A DNA stretch of 64,000 nucleotides from Methanomassiliicoccales archaeon (GTDB taxonomy: Archaea > Thermoplasmatota > Thermoplasmata > RBG-16-68-12 > SOIM01). Position 1 is the first letter of the stretch; every line of letters begins with the position of its first letter. The notes under the pieces are model-generated. The model was not told where the DNA came from. It made no database searches and was given only the letters and a program-made list of their open reading frames with translations. Of the stretch, positions 44,028-54,225 are shown piece by piece. The DNA is taken from the NCBI GenBank assembly GCA_030593885.1, contig JAUVGH010000005.1:4387-68386 (forward strand), written 5' to 3'. Position numbers and translations under genes: made by a program.

Positions 44028-45140
44028 ATGACTAAGACGACTATGTCCGTCATAAAGGCGGACGTTGGGAGCATTGCTGGTCACACCGTGGTCCATCCGG
44101 CGTTGGAGGAGGTCGCGGTCAAGGTCCTGGATGAAGCAAAGAAGGATGGGAAGATACAGGATTTCTTCGTCACACACTGCGGGGATGACCTGGAACTCAT
44201 CATGACACACACCAAGGGAGTGGACAGCGAAGAGGTGCACGGGACAGCATGGAAAGCCTTCGAGGTTGCCACCAAAACCGCAAAGGACCTTGGGCTTTAC
44301 GGAGCGGGACAGGACATACTGAAGGATGCGTTCTCAGGCAACATCAGGGGCATGGGCCCCGGGATTGCGGAAATAGAGTTCACAGAGAGGAAGGGGGAAT
44401 GCATCGAGGTGTTCATGATGGACAAAACAGAGCCAGGCGCGTTCAATCTGCCTGTCTTCAAGATATTCGCTGATCCATTCAACACGGCCGGGTTGGTCGT
44501 TGATCCGAAAGGGCATGACGGATACATATTCGAGGTCTGGGATATTTTCGAACACAAAAGGGTGAAGATGTCCTGTCCGGAAGAGATGTACTCACTCTTA
44601 GCGTTGATAGGGGCAAAATCCAGGTACGTGATCAAACGTGTGTTTCCGAAAGAAGGACATATGCCTGTAGATGAGCCTCTCGCCGCGGTCTCAACGGAGA
44701 AGCTGGCGTTCATTGCCGGAGAGTACGTTGGCAAGGATGACCCCGCGGCCATAATCCGATCTCAATCTGGACTGCCTGCTACGGGTGAAGTGCTGGAAGC
44801 TTTCTCATTCCCTCATCTGGTGAGCGGATGGATGAGGGGTTCGCACAACGGGCCGTTGATGCCAGTTGGAATAGAGAACGCCATCTGCACCCGATTCGAC
44901 GGCCCACCACGGGTTGCCGGCCTTGGGTTCAACATCAAGGATGCAAAGCTAGTCGGTCCGGTGGACCTGTTCTGCGACCCGGCATTCGACCGGGCCAGGG
45001 AGAAGGCGCTGGAGATCGCGGATTACATGAGGAGGCACGGACCGTTCGAGCCTCATAGGCTACCGCTTTCAGATATGGAATACACCACGCTTCCCAAGGT
45101 GTTGAAGAAACTGGAAGACAGATTCGAGGACATTGGATGA
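44028..45140 (+). CDS. fbp: Fructose-1,6-bisphosphate aldolase/phosphatase (class V FBPase)
   Basis: The N-terminus SVIKADVGSIAGHTVVHP plus the length (370 aa) and overall pattern are characteristic of the bifunctional archaeal enzyme. Confidence 0.9.
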   Translation: MTKTTMSVIKADVGSIAGHTVVHPALEEVAVKVLDEAKKDGKIQDFFVTHCGDDLELIMTHTKGVDSEEVHGTAWKAFEVATKTAKDLGLYGAGQDILKDAFSGNIRGMGPGIAEIEFTERKGECIEVFMMDKTEPGAFNLPVFKIFADPFNTAGLVVDPKGHDGYIFEVWDIFEHKRVKMSCPEEMYSLLALIGAKSRYVIKRVFPKEGHMPVDEPLAAVSTEKLAFIAGEYVGKDDPAAIIRSQSGLPATGEVLEAFSFPHLVSGWMRGSHNGPLMPVGIENAICTRFDGPPRVAGLGFNIKDAKLVGPVDLFCDPAFDRAREKALEIADYMRRHGPFEPHRLPLSDMEYTTLPKVLKKLEDRFEDIG

Positions 45141-45805
45141 GGACGCCTGTCATAACACTCAATTTCAAGACCTACAGAGAGTCTTCTGGAGAGAGGGGGC
45201 TGGCACTTGCCAGGATATGCGAAGAGGTCGCTCAAGAGACGGGGAAATCGATCGTCATCGCACCGCAACAGATAGATCTGTCACTCATAGCGAAAGAGGT
45301 AGGCATCCCTGTCCTGGCTCAGCATGTTGACCCAGTTGGTGAAGGAAGTTTTACGGGGCATATTTCTCCTGCAGCGGTGAAGGAATCGGGAGCCATTGGC
45401 ACGTTAGTTAACCACTCAGAGAGACAGCTTTCCCATGAACTCATACGGCTGACGGTCGAGAAGTGCAGGGAAGTTGGCTTGGAGTCGGTCGTGTGCGCGA
45501 ACGATATCGAGATGGGCAAGGTGGCCGCATCGTTCGGTCCTGATTATGTTGCGGTCGAGCCTCCGGAGCTCATAGGCGGGGATATCTCGGTTACATCAGC
45601 AAATCCAGATGTTGTTTCAGGAACTGTGGAGAAGGTCAAGGAAGTGAATCCCAAGGTGATTGTGCTCTGTGGAGCTGGAGTGAAGAACGGAGAGGATGTG
45701 AGGAAGGCCATTGAACTGGGGACGGAAGGAGTGTTGCTGGCTTCAGGGGTCGTGAAGGCGGGAGATCCAAAGGAAGCGCTTCTTGATCTGGCACGTGGTC
45801 TATAG
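45137..45805 (+). CDS. tpiA: Triosephosphate isomerase (short archaeal type)
   Basis: 222 aa. The blocks LNFKTY, LVNHSERQL (catalytic His) and VAVEPPELIG (catalytic Glu) are present. ATGA overlap with fbp. Confidence 0.85.
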   Translation: MRTPVITLNFKTYRESSGERGLALARICEEVAQETGKSIVIAPQQIDLSLIAKEVGIPVLAQHVDPVGEGSFTGHISPAAVKESGAIGTLVNHSERQLSHELIRLTVEKCREVGLESVVCANDIEMGKVAASFGPDYVAVEPPELIGGDISVTSANPDVVSGTVEKVKEVNPKVIVLCGAGVKNGEDVRKAIELGTEGVLLASGVVKAGDPKEALLDLARGL

Positions 45806-45940
45806 CCCAAGTCCTCTCCTGACTGCGATGGTATTTTCCTGGTCATTACCACACAAATCATTTGTAGTGACTACAGATGTACAAAATCTGTACCAAAAAG
45901 AATAATATGACCCACGTGAAGATATAGAAGAGAGGATAGT

Positions 45941-48202
45941 ATGAAGAAGCTGTGGAGGAGAAGTGCGGGTTCCGTACTGGTAGCGTGTCTAATGCTGAAC
46001 CTAACAGTTGTGACCGTCCTGTATCATGTTGTCGTTTCACCAGGGCATGACGATACGAACTCGTACGAGTTGCCTGGTTTCCCGGGGACGGGTTGGCTGG
46101 AACAGCCTGATCTGCCGGCAGAACTTGTGATACCAATTCCAAAGGAGCCGGATCCCAACAGGCCGGATCTGACCTTCGAGGAAGCTAGACAGTTATGGGA
46201 TGGCTTCATCGAGAGATCGCATCTATCCGGCCCCAACATCGATCCGACAAAGGTAGATTACTATACCAACATATCAGATTCCCTCAATCCTTACCCAAAT
46301 GAATGGGATCTCATCTCAGAGAATGGGTTCGTGGTTGTAAACCAAGGTAAGTGGGACACATTCGAAGATGCGTACTATCACTACTGGGTTCGTGACCTCC
46401 CGGTCATAATAACCACCGACACGATTCTGAATACATTCCATCTGCTTTTTGACCAATTCCTGCAAGAGGCAGAGAAGGAGACCTTTCGACCCTTGCTGGC
46501 CGAGATTTCAACTGCCCTGCTCCGGAAGGCTGATGATTTTCACGGCCGTGTCAAAGACCAGACATTGAAGGCCAACATGGAGGAGATTGTCGTGTTCTTT
46601 AGCGTCGCCTCTGAGCTTCTAGAAACAGGAGAGAGAATCCCGGACTATGTCCGAAGTGAAGTGAAGACCTATGTAAATAAGATACTGGAAGCGAAGGACG
46701 TTGAACAATACCCGGGTCAGGACTACACTCAGTACAAACCAAGGGGCCATTATGCAGGCGATCCGCTTCTGGAAACCTACTTCAGGGCCATGATGTGGTA
46801 TGGGCGCAAGTCTCTGGACATGCAAGTCAATGATGATGTGCTCCAAGCCTGTTTGATCTCTCTGGTGGTCCTGGCAAGTGAAAGGGCCCAGGTGAAATGG
46901 GCCACAATCTACGACATCACCAGCTATCTTGTGGGAAAATCTGACAGCTTGAATTTCGTGGACATACTCAAGGCAATGCACGCATCACTGGGCAAATGGG
47001 ACATAGACCTGTTGAAAACACCTTCACATGTGGAGAACGTCATGGAGGAGCTCAAGAAGGACGAATACTACAGACCGCGAATCCTCTCGGACGTCGTATA
47101 CAAGAATCCCAGCGAGATGTATAACGAGATGGAGTTCCCAAAGATATTCCAGTTCATGGGCCAGAGATACGTTCCAGATTCTGAGATAATGCAGAGCGTC
47201 ATGTATGACCGAGTGCCTTTATCTGAGGGAGGCAGAAGAGGTCTGCCATGGGCACTTGACGTCATGGCGGCTTTGGGCTCACCGCAGGCAGTTCACCATC
47301 TGGAGACTGAGCTAACGAAGTATGGCTACGAGGAGCAATTGAAGGACGCCTGGGCATCCGCCGAGACAAAGAGCGAAGGATACTGGGGGCAGTCAGCCTA
47401 TTTCGGTCTATTGCGATCATACAAAGAACTGATCTCGGGGAAGGAGGACGAGAGGTATCCCAGCTTCATGAGGACCGAGGCGTGGGCGGACGAGAAGCTG
47501 AACACGGCATTGGGATCATGGACGGAGCTCAGACATGACACGATTCTGTATGCCAAACAACCCTACTCAATGGGAATAACATGCGGAACGCCAGACGGAA
47601 TCGTTGAGCCGTATCCGACGTTCTATGAGAGAATGGAAGCGCTTTCGATAATGATGAGGGACATAATCGTCCGTGGCTTCGATCTAGACAAAACATTTGT
47701 CACCAGATTCATTGAGGTCTTCGAGGACTTTGCTGATATCAACTACAACCTTGCCTCGATCGCGAAGCATGAGCTCGAAGGGGAGAGATTGACGCCGGAT
47801 GAGAGTGCATTTGTGCGAGAGATCTTCGTAGAACAAAGAGGCGGAGGTTGTGGTGGTCCGGTGACTCGTGATGGATGGCTTCCGCGATTGATTGAGAAGG
47901 CCAAGATAAGTGAGAAGACAAAAGACTCAAGAATCGTTGCCGATGTTGCCACTGATCCTGGAAGTCCATTGACTGGAGATCCTCCGAGGATCCTTCATGT
48001 GGCCACTGGTTTCGTGCGCACAGTGATAGTGGCATATGAAATGCCCAATGGGGACCACTCCTTCTTCGTCGGACCGGTGTATTCCTTCTATGAATTCCCA
48101 ATGGGTAAGTTCAGCAGACTGAACGATGACGATTGGAAGAAACTTCTTGACTCGGATGACTGTCCTCCAGATCCGTTCTGGACTTCTTCGTTCATGGCCT
48201 GA
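45941..48202 (+). CDS. Secreted or anchored DUF3160-like protein
   Basis: N-terminal signal anchor (SVLVACLMLNLTVVTVLY). The YKPRGHY motif and the size of about 750 aa fit my recollection of DUF3160. The family call is tentative. Confidence 0.6.
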   Translation: MKKLWRRSAGSVLVACLMLNLTVVTVLYHVVVSPGHDDTNSYELPGFPGTGWLEQPDLPAELVIPIPKEPDPNRPDLTFEEARQLWDGFIERSHLSGPNIDPTKVDYYTNISDSLNPYPNEWDLISENGFVVVNQGKWDTFEDAYYHYWVRDLPVIITTDTILNTFHLLFDQFLQEAEKETFRPLLAEISTALLRKADDFHGRVKDQTLKANMEEIVVFFSVASELLETGERIPDYVRSEVKTYVNKILEAKDVEQYPGQDYTQYKPRGHYAGDPLLETYFRAMMWYGRKSLDMQVNDDVLQACLISLVVLASERAQVKWATIYDITSYLVGKSDSLNFVDILKAMHASLGKWDIDLLKTPSHVENVMEELKKDEYYRPRILSDVVYKNPSEMYNEMEFPKIFQFMGQRYVPDSEIMQSVMYDRVPLSEGGRRGLPWALDVMAALGSPQAVHHLETELTKYGYEEQLKDAWASAETKSEGYWGQSAYFGLLRSYKELISGKEDERYPSFMRTEAWADEKLNTALGSWTELRHDTILYAKQPYSMGITCGTPDGIVEPYPTFYERMEALSIMMRDIIVRGFDLDKTFVTRFIEVFEDFADINYNLASIAKHELEGERLTPDESAFVREIFVEQRGGGCGGPVTRDGWLPRLIEKAKISEKTKDSRIVADVATDPGSPLTGDPPRILHVATGFVRTVIVAYEMPNGDHSFFVGPVYSFYEFPMGKFSRLNDDDWKKLLDSDDCPPDPFWTSSFMA

Positions 48203-48336
48203 AGGGATGGCCTAGAGCAGAATTCGCGCCTCAACAAGATGGTTATCCTGAACGAAGTAGGGTACAGAGAAGTGTAGACTAGTCAATGAGCAGGATCTGG
48301 AGAAGACGAACTCGCAACTCCTGGAATAAACTATTT

Positions 48337-51300
48337 ATGACCGTATTCGGTTTTAGAGATGGAGGGGAAGCCCTGAAGTTAGATTTCCAGCCCGAGATGG
48401 TCGGTCGAGAGGAGGAGCTAAGAGAGCTTCAGGACCGTCTGAATGAAGCCTCGGACGGGCAAGGAAGGACTGTTCTCATCGCTGGAGAAGCTGGTGTCGG
48501 AAAGACAAGACTTGTGAACGAGCTGAAGGACATTGCAGCGGCCAAAGGATTTGCGGTTATGTCTGGAAACAGCATGTACGAATCATTGACGCCCTACTTG
48601 CCAATCTTGGATGCGTTGAGGTCGGGCGGTATGGAAACCCTTTTCGCGGAGGAGACTCCGAGGATCGAAGGTCTGTATCTGATAACGCACCAGGGCTTGC
48701 TGGCAAAGGAGGTCCTGAGAGAAGAGACCGGTCTGGATCCGGACCTGTTTGCCTCCATGCTTTCGACCGTTGGGGATTTTGTGAGAGATTCGCTGTCCAT
48801 GATGACTGGAGAGGAGAGAGAAGGAGCGCTGAACAGTCTCGGATATGAGAACTATACAATCATCATCAGCAGCGGCATAAGTGCCAATCTTGTGGCAATA
48901 CTCTCCGGCAGAGAGAACGAATTCCTGCTCAATGATCTGAGCGGGGTTCTATCAGAAGTCCACAGAGACTTCGGAAGCGTCCTCAAGGATTGGGATGGCG
49001 ACACAGAGAAGCTAGAGGGTCTCGAGAACCCGATGAAACCGTTGATAGCATCAGGGAAGTACGATGGAGCATACTACGGAATGGACAACCCCGAAGGGAG
49101 AAGGAATCTGCTTTTCGAGAACGTCTCGTTGGGGCTGATGCGGCATGCGAAATCCACGCCAACACTCTTGTGTATTGAGGACTTGCACTGGGCGGATCCT
49201 TCCTCACTGGCTATGATGCACTACGTTGTAAGGAACACTAGAGAGTGCAGTCTGCTGATGTTAGGCACCTTTCGGCCTGAGGACATTGGAGACACAGGAG
49301 GCGAACCTCATCCTCTGGTGGAAACGATGCAGATGATGAGCAGGGAGGACCTATATGAGAAGATGGAGCTGGCCAGGTTGCCCAAGGACAACTTGAACGA
49401 GCTCCTGTCAGCCTTGCTCGGAGAAGTTGACTTCGATGATAAGTTCAAAGATCTAATCTATCATGAGACCGAGGGGAATCCCCTCTTCATGCTCGAACTG
49501 GTGAAACTGCTGGTCGACGAGGGTGCGGTTTCTCCTCAAGAAGGGACATGGACGTTGGTCAAAGATCTTGGGACTGTCGATGTTCCCTCCAAGATAAACG
49601 ACGTGATTTTGAGAAGACTCGACCGCGTGAAAAGCGAACAACGGAAGATACTGGATTACGCTTCAGTTATTGGGGAGACCTTCACATCGGTTGTGCTTTC
49701 CGAAATCCTGAAATTGGACAGGGTTGAATTGCTGGAGCAACTAAGGCCCCTTCAAAAGACACATAGACTAATTCATCCTTTCAATGGGTGCTTCAGGTTT
49801 GACCACGCCAAGGTAAAGGAAGTGCTGTACGAAGAGACCCCGGAGGAGCTCAGAACGGAATACCATGCGATGATTGCGGATGCTATTGAGAGGCAGAATG
49901 AGGAAAATCTGGATGATGTGATTGGGAATTTGGCATATCACTATTATCTATGTGGGAACAAGAAGAAGGCACTCCAATATCTCACCAAGGCAGCGGATAA
50001 GGCGAAGAAGGAATACTCGAATGAGGAGGCGACAAGATTCTATAGACAGGCCCTAGACTGCGAGGAGAATCCAGACAAGAGAATGGAGATTCTCGAGAAT
50101 CTTGGAGACATCTATGGCTTGACCGGAGAGTATGAAAGAAGCATAGAATCCTATGAGAATTCGCTGCAACTGGCCGAAGAGGCAAGAGAGATTGTGGAAA
50201 TCAAATCGAAACTGGGAGGAATCTACGCAAAGATTGGGGAGTACGACCGGTCTATGGCAGTTTCTATCAAGGCCTTGGAGCTGATAAAGGGTGAAGACTG
50301 CGTTGAAGAGGCCCATGTCCTCAATAGGATTGGCAAAGTGCATTGGTTCAAAGATGAGTATGATGAAGCACTTCGGTATTTCGAGAACAGCCTGAGGATA
50401 GAGGAGAGAATTGATGATCCCGAGGGGATTGCGAAATCACTCATCAACATAGGTACCACGCATTTCCGCAGGGGGGACTTCGATAAAGCCCTTGAACATC
50501 TGGAGAGAAGCCTCAAAATAAGCAAGAAGATTGATGCCAAGGGATGCATTGCATCCTGCCTTTTGAACATAGGTAATGTCCGCTCTATTAAGGGGAAGTA
50601 CGACGAAGCCATTGAATATTACAGCAAGAGCTTGATGATATCCCAAGGAATCGGAGACCTATTAACCGTAGCCATAGTCCTCAACAACATTGGTATCATT
50701 CACTATGATAGAGGAGAATATGCTCTGGGACTTGAGTCCTATGAGAAGAGTAGGAAGATCGCGGAGAAGATTGACGATCAACAAGGCCTGTCGCGGACCT
50801 TAGGGAACATTGGGAGCATGTACGTAGACATGGATCAGTACGAGAAAGCTCGAGACTACTGCGAAAGGAGTTTGAGAATGTGCAAAGAAATCGGCACCCA
50901 GGGAATGGACCCGGTGAATCTCACCAACATGGGTGGCTTGAGTCTCGGATTGGGAGAATACGACAAGGCCCTGGAATACTGCGAGAGAAGTCTAGAAATA
51001 TCTGAGAGAATCGGAAGCAAGCAGAGTACGGCGGTCACGTATTTCATGCTGGCGGAAACCTATCTTCTCAAGGGGGACTTGGATAGCGCATCGCACTTCT
51101 GCGAAGCAGCAACTGATTTGTCCAACGAGATCGGTCTTAAGGTAATGGTTGGATGCACAAAGAGGATTCTCGGCATGATTTACCGAGAGCAAGGGAAGTG
51201 GGGGAAGTCTATTGAGAGCTTTGACGATTGTATCAGGATTCTCAGGGAGCTTGACGTGAAAAAGGAGTTGGGCAGAGCCTACCATGAGGCCGGTTTGATG

Positions 51301-51426
51301 TGGAAAATGAAAGGCGATCCAGAAACCGCACGAAACTATCTGGTCAAGGCCCTTGAGATCTTCCGGAAGCTGAATCTAGAGATGAGAGTGGAGAAGTCAA
51401 AGGAAGTACTGGATGAGCTTGCCTGA
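48337..51426 (+). CDS. AAA_16/STAND-type ATPase with a Roadblock/LC7-like insertion and C-terminal TPR repeats (paralog of 31722..34673)
   Basis: It is collinear with the other paralog, including LDFQPEMVGREEEL, GEAGVGKTRL, the insert IEGLYLITHQGLLAKE...LFASMLSTVGDFVRDSLSMM...YTIIISSGISANLVAILSGRE, LLCIEDLHWADPSS, and then TPR repeats. The start is uncertain. ATG 48337 is the nearest in-frame ATG upstream of the conserved N-terminus. Confidence 0.8.
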   Translation: MTVFGFRDGGEALKLDFQPEMVGREEELRELQDRLNEASDGQGRTVLIAGEAGVGKTRLVNELKDIAAAKGFAVMSGNSMYESLTPYLPILDALRSGGMETLFAEETPRIEGLYLITHQGLLAKEVLREETGLDPDLFASMLSTVGDFVRDSLSMMTGEEREGALNSLGYENYTIIISSGISANLVAILSGRENEFLLNDLSGVLSEVHRDFGSVLKDWDGDTEKLEGLENPMKPLIASGKYDGAYYGMDNPEGRRNLLFENVSLGLMRHAKSTPTLLCIEDLHWADPSSLAMMHYVVRNTRECSLLMLGTFRPEDIGDTGGEPHPLVETMQMMSREDLYEKMELARLPKDNLNELLSALLGEVDFDDKFKDLIYHETEGNPLFMLELVKLLVDEGAVSPQEGTWTLVKDLGTVDVPSKINDVILRRLDRVKSEQRKILDYASVIGETFTSVVLSEILKLDRVELLEQLRPLQKTHRLIHPFNGCFRFDHAKVKEVLYEETPEELRTEYHAMIADAIERQNEENLDDVIGNLAYHYYLCGNKKKALQYLTKAADKAKKEYSNEEATRFYRQALDCEENPDKRMEILENLGDIYGLTGEYERSIESYENSLQLAEEAREIVEIKSKLGGIYAKIGEYDRSMAVSIKALELIKGEDCVEEAHVLNRIGKVHWFKDEYDEALRYFENSLRIEERIDDPEGIAKSLINIGTTHFRRGDFDKALEHLERSLKISKKIDAKGCIASCLLNIGNVRSIKGKYDEAIEYYSKSLMISQGIGDLLTVAIVLNNIGIIHYDRGEYALGLESYEKSRKIAEKIDDQQGLSRTLGNIGSMYVDMDQYEKARDYCERSLRMCKEIGTQGMDPVNLTNMGGLSLGLGEYDKALEYCERSLEISERIGSKQSTAVTYFMLAETYLLKGDLDSASHFCEAATDLSNEIGLKVMVGCTKRILGMIYREQGKWGKSIESFDDCIRILRELDVKKELGRAYHEAGLMWKMKGDPETARNYLVKALEIFRKLNLEMRVEKSKEVLDELA

Positions 51427-51577
51427 CATCCGGTCGAGCAAGCAAACCTCAGACGCGAAATGGCAGACGATTTGAGGAGAGTTCTTCTCAGTTTATTTGG
51501 AGATCTGTAAGATCTTCCTACACTTACACTATCTGTATTGATTCCCATTATATGCCCTCACTCTCCTCTATCTCCTG

Positions 51578-54217
51578 ATGACGAGGGCGTTGCTGTTCAC
51601 AGGTGTGCTGCTTTTGAGCGCATTCTCCCTCCAAGCGTTGTCTTCACAGGCCGAACTACAGAACTCGATTGTCTTGAACGAAGTAGTCTACAATCCCCAA
51701 GGGCCTGAAGTTGAAGGTGAATGGATAGAGCTCTTCAACGGCGGAGACGACGTCGACATACAGGACTGGACCATAACGGACCAAGACAACTGGATTTTCC
51801 AGTTCCCCTCCCTTGCCGTTCCCCGGGAATGCTATATTGTTCTGCACATTGGTCCAGGCATTCCGGACAGCGACTTCGATGACTGCGTCGCACACCTGTA
51901 CTCGAACAGAACGACCCCTCGTCTCAACAATGCTGGCGATGATCTTCTCCTCCAGGATGGTCTTGGCGCTGCCATCGATTTTTTCAGCTACGGCTCCGGC
52001 AGTGGCCTCGACCATCCACCCCCCGGGATAGAGTGGGACTCGGCCGCTGAGACAGTCCCTGAAGGCTATTCGGCTTCGGTCTTTCCCAACGGATATGACG
52101 TCGACACACGCGAAAGCTGGGTCCAGTCCAACCCGAGCCCGGGAGAGACCAATGGAGAGCTGTCAGCGGTGCCAACGGACGTTAAGATCGCTGAAATCTA
52201 CTACAATGCTTACCGTGATGATGAGTACGTCGCGATAGAGAACTTCTCACCTGGAGAACAGGACATTAGCGGATGGACACTTACCGACCTGGAAGGGTAC
52301 GTGGCGTTCCCTGCTGGAACCTTGATCCCACCCCAGAACACCTTATATGTCACGAGGAACTCGACTTCTTTCTTCGAGGATACGCTCTTCCAGGCCGATT
52401 TCCAGTATGAGAATGGCGACGCTGCATCGATGGTCGTCATTGGCAACATACCCCGCCTGAACAACGATGGTGATGAGGTGATCCTGTTGGATGACCACGG
52501 GAGGGTAGTGGACGTCTTCATCTATGGGCATTCCAACTATGATGGAGCCGGATGGACGGGCGACGCTGCGGAAGACCTGTGGAAGGGGAAGATAGCCAAG
52601 AGAAGCTCAGAAACGAACTCGTCCGCGGACTGGATGGGTCTGAGAGAATACGGCATCGGTCAATCGGATTACGATGCGGACCTGCTGACCTTCGATGGTT
52701 CAATCACGGTTTTCTCGTCTCCTGATACGAGCTTTGAGGTCATCACCCAAGAGATAAGGATGGCCGAAGAGAGAATTGACATCAACCTGTACGAGTTCAC
52801 CAGCCATGAGATGGCCGACACTCTTGTCTCGGCCCTCGGAAGAGGGGTGTCTGTCAGAGTCCTGGTCGAGGGGTCGCCGGTCGGAGGCATCAAGACGCCT
52901 GAACTGGAGGTTCTCAACCGACTCTCAGATTCTGGAGCGGAGATACGACTTCTACGAGCAGACGAGTCAAACGACATTTACGCCAGATACACCTTCAACC
53001 ACGGGAAATACGCCTTGATAGACGGGGATGTGGTAGTTGTCTGCTCCGAGAACTGGGGGAACTCAGGTGTTCCTGAGAACAATCGAACGGGCAACAGAGG
53101 ATGGGGGATCCTGGTGAAGGCCAGCGAGGTCCATGATTACTACAGGAAGATCTTCGAAAGCGATTGGAACCCTCTGGCAGGCGACAGTGTCGAGTTTGAG
53201 AGTGTGAAAAAGGAAGTGGAACCGTTTGAACCGAACGAGAACCTGTTCACATCCTATGAGTATGCAGGTGGCTTTCCGATTCGTTCAATTCAAGGGAGCT
53301 TCAGTGTGAGACCGGTCATTTCGCCCGACACATCCCTGGACGACTCGACCATAATCGAGATGATAAGATCGGCCGAGGACGAGATACTGCTGGAACAGTT
53401 CTACATCCGTCCCCATTGGGGAAAGGACACCGAGACCATGAACCCATATCTCGATGAGATCATCAAGGCAGCCCGGAAGGGTGTAAGAGTGCAGGTTCTC
53501 CTGGACTCAAGCTGGTACAACGTGGGCGATGACGATCCCTACAATAATGACGATGTCGTGGCCGACCTCAACGAACTCGGAGATTCGGAGGGTCTTCAGA
53601 TAGAGGCGAAACTGATCGATTCCAATTCCCACGGGTTCCTGAAGCTGCATAACAAAGGTATGATAACAGACGGGAATACAGTGCTAATATCAAGCATCAA
53701 CTGGAACAAGAACTCGATAGCGTCCAACAGGGAGATCGGGATCATAGTGTACGACGTGGAAGTGGCATCCTTCTACCGGGAACTGTTCTTCTACGACTGG
53801 CGTGATGATGTGACCAAACCGATCGCGGACGCTGGAGAGGATAGGGTCGTGGTTCAACATGAGGCGTTTCAACTCGACGCAAGCGGCTCGTTCGACGATG
53901 TGGGCATAGTGAACTACAGCTGGGACCTGAACAATGACGGAGTGTACGAGGCATTTGGCCCCAACGCATCAGTGAGTTTTGGCACAGTGGGCAACTTCAC
54001 GATGACCTTGAAGGTGGAGGATATCTGGGGCAACATCGGGACCGACTCCTGCTTGATTAGCGTCATATCAGATGATGAGGCGGCCCAGACGCCAACCCAG
54101 AACGTATGGGGAGGCATAGCCCTGATGACGGTCGTTTTCATTGGTATCTTGGTGCCGGCAACGTTCTTTCTAGCCAGATACAGGAAGCAAAAAGATATAA
54201 GAAAGCCCGATGAATAA
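51578..54217 (+). CDS. Surface-anchored protein: two lamin-tail (LTD) domains, two phospholipase D/Nuc-type HKD domains, a PKD domain and a C-terminal TM anchor
   Basis: - Signal peptide.
- LTD pattern twice: IVLNEVVYNPQG...GEWIELFNGGDDVDIQDWTITD and VKIAEIYYNA...EYVAIENFSPGEQDISGWTLTD.
- HKD motifs: FNHGKYALIDG and KLHNKGMITDG...SSINWN.
- PKD-like block: DASGSFDDVGIVNYSWDLNNDG.
- C-terminal helix: IALMTVVFIGILVPATFFL. Confidence 0.75.
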   Translation: MTRALLFTGVLLLSAFSLQALSSQAELQNSIVLNEVVYNPQGPEVEGEWIELFNGGDDVDIQDWTITDQDNWIFQFPSLAVPRECYIVLHIGPGIPDSDFDDCVAHLYSNRTTPRLNNAGDDLLLQDGLGAAIDFFSYGSGSGLDHPPPGIEWDSAAETVPEGYSASVFPNGYDVDTRESWVQSNPSPGETNGELSAVPTDVKIAEIYYNAYRDDEYVAIENFSPGEQDISGWTLTDLEGYVAFPAGTLIPPQNTLYVTRNSTSFFEDTLFQADFQYENGDAASMVVIGNIPRLNNDGDEVILLDDHGRVVDVFIYGHSNYDGAGWTGDAAEDLWKGKIAKRSSETNSSADWMGLREYGIGQSDYDADLLTFDGSITVFSSPDTSFEVITQEIRMAEERIDINLYEFTSHEMADTLVSALGRGVSVRVLVEGSPVGGIKTPELEVLNRLSDSGAEIRLLRADESNDIYARYTFNHGKYALIDGDVVVVCSENWGNSGVPENNRTGNRGWGILVKASEVHDYYRKIFESDWNPLAGDSVEFESVKKEVEPFEPNENLFTSYEYAGGFPIRSIQGSFSVRPVISPDTSLDDSTIIEMIRSAEDEILLEQFYIRPHWGKDTETMNPYLDEIIKAARKGVRVQVLLDSSWYNVGDDDPYNNDDVVADLNELGDSEGLQIEAKLIDSNSHGFLKLHNKGMITDGNTVLISSINWNKNSIASNREIGIIVYDVEVASFYRELFFYDWRDDVTKPIADAGEDRVVVQHEAFQLDASGSFDDVGIVNYSWDLNNDGVYEAFGPNASVSFGTVGNFTMTLKVEDIWGNIGTDSCLISVISDDEAAQTPTQNVWGGIALMTVVFIGILVPATFFLARYRKQKDIRKPDE

Positions 54218-54225
54218 CCACAATC

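Noticed and set aside
48203-48336. Possible relic of a paralog 3' end upstream of the second ATPase-TPR gene (frame giving ...NEQDLEKTNSQLLE*).
   Set aside because: The similarity to the paralog C-termini is limited to a few residues (LEK), and the frame is closed by stops just upstream. This is far weaker than the clear relic at 34705..34912.
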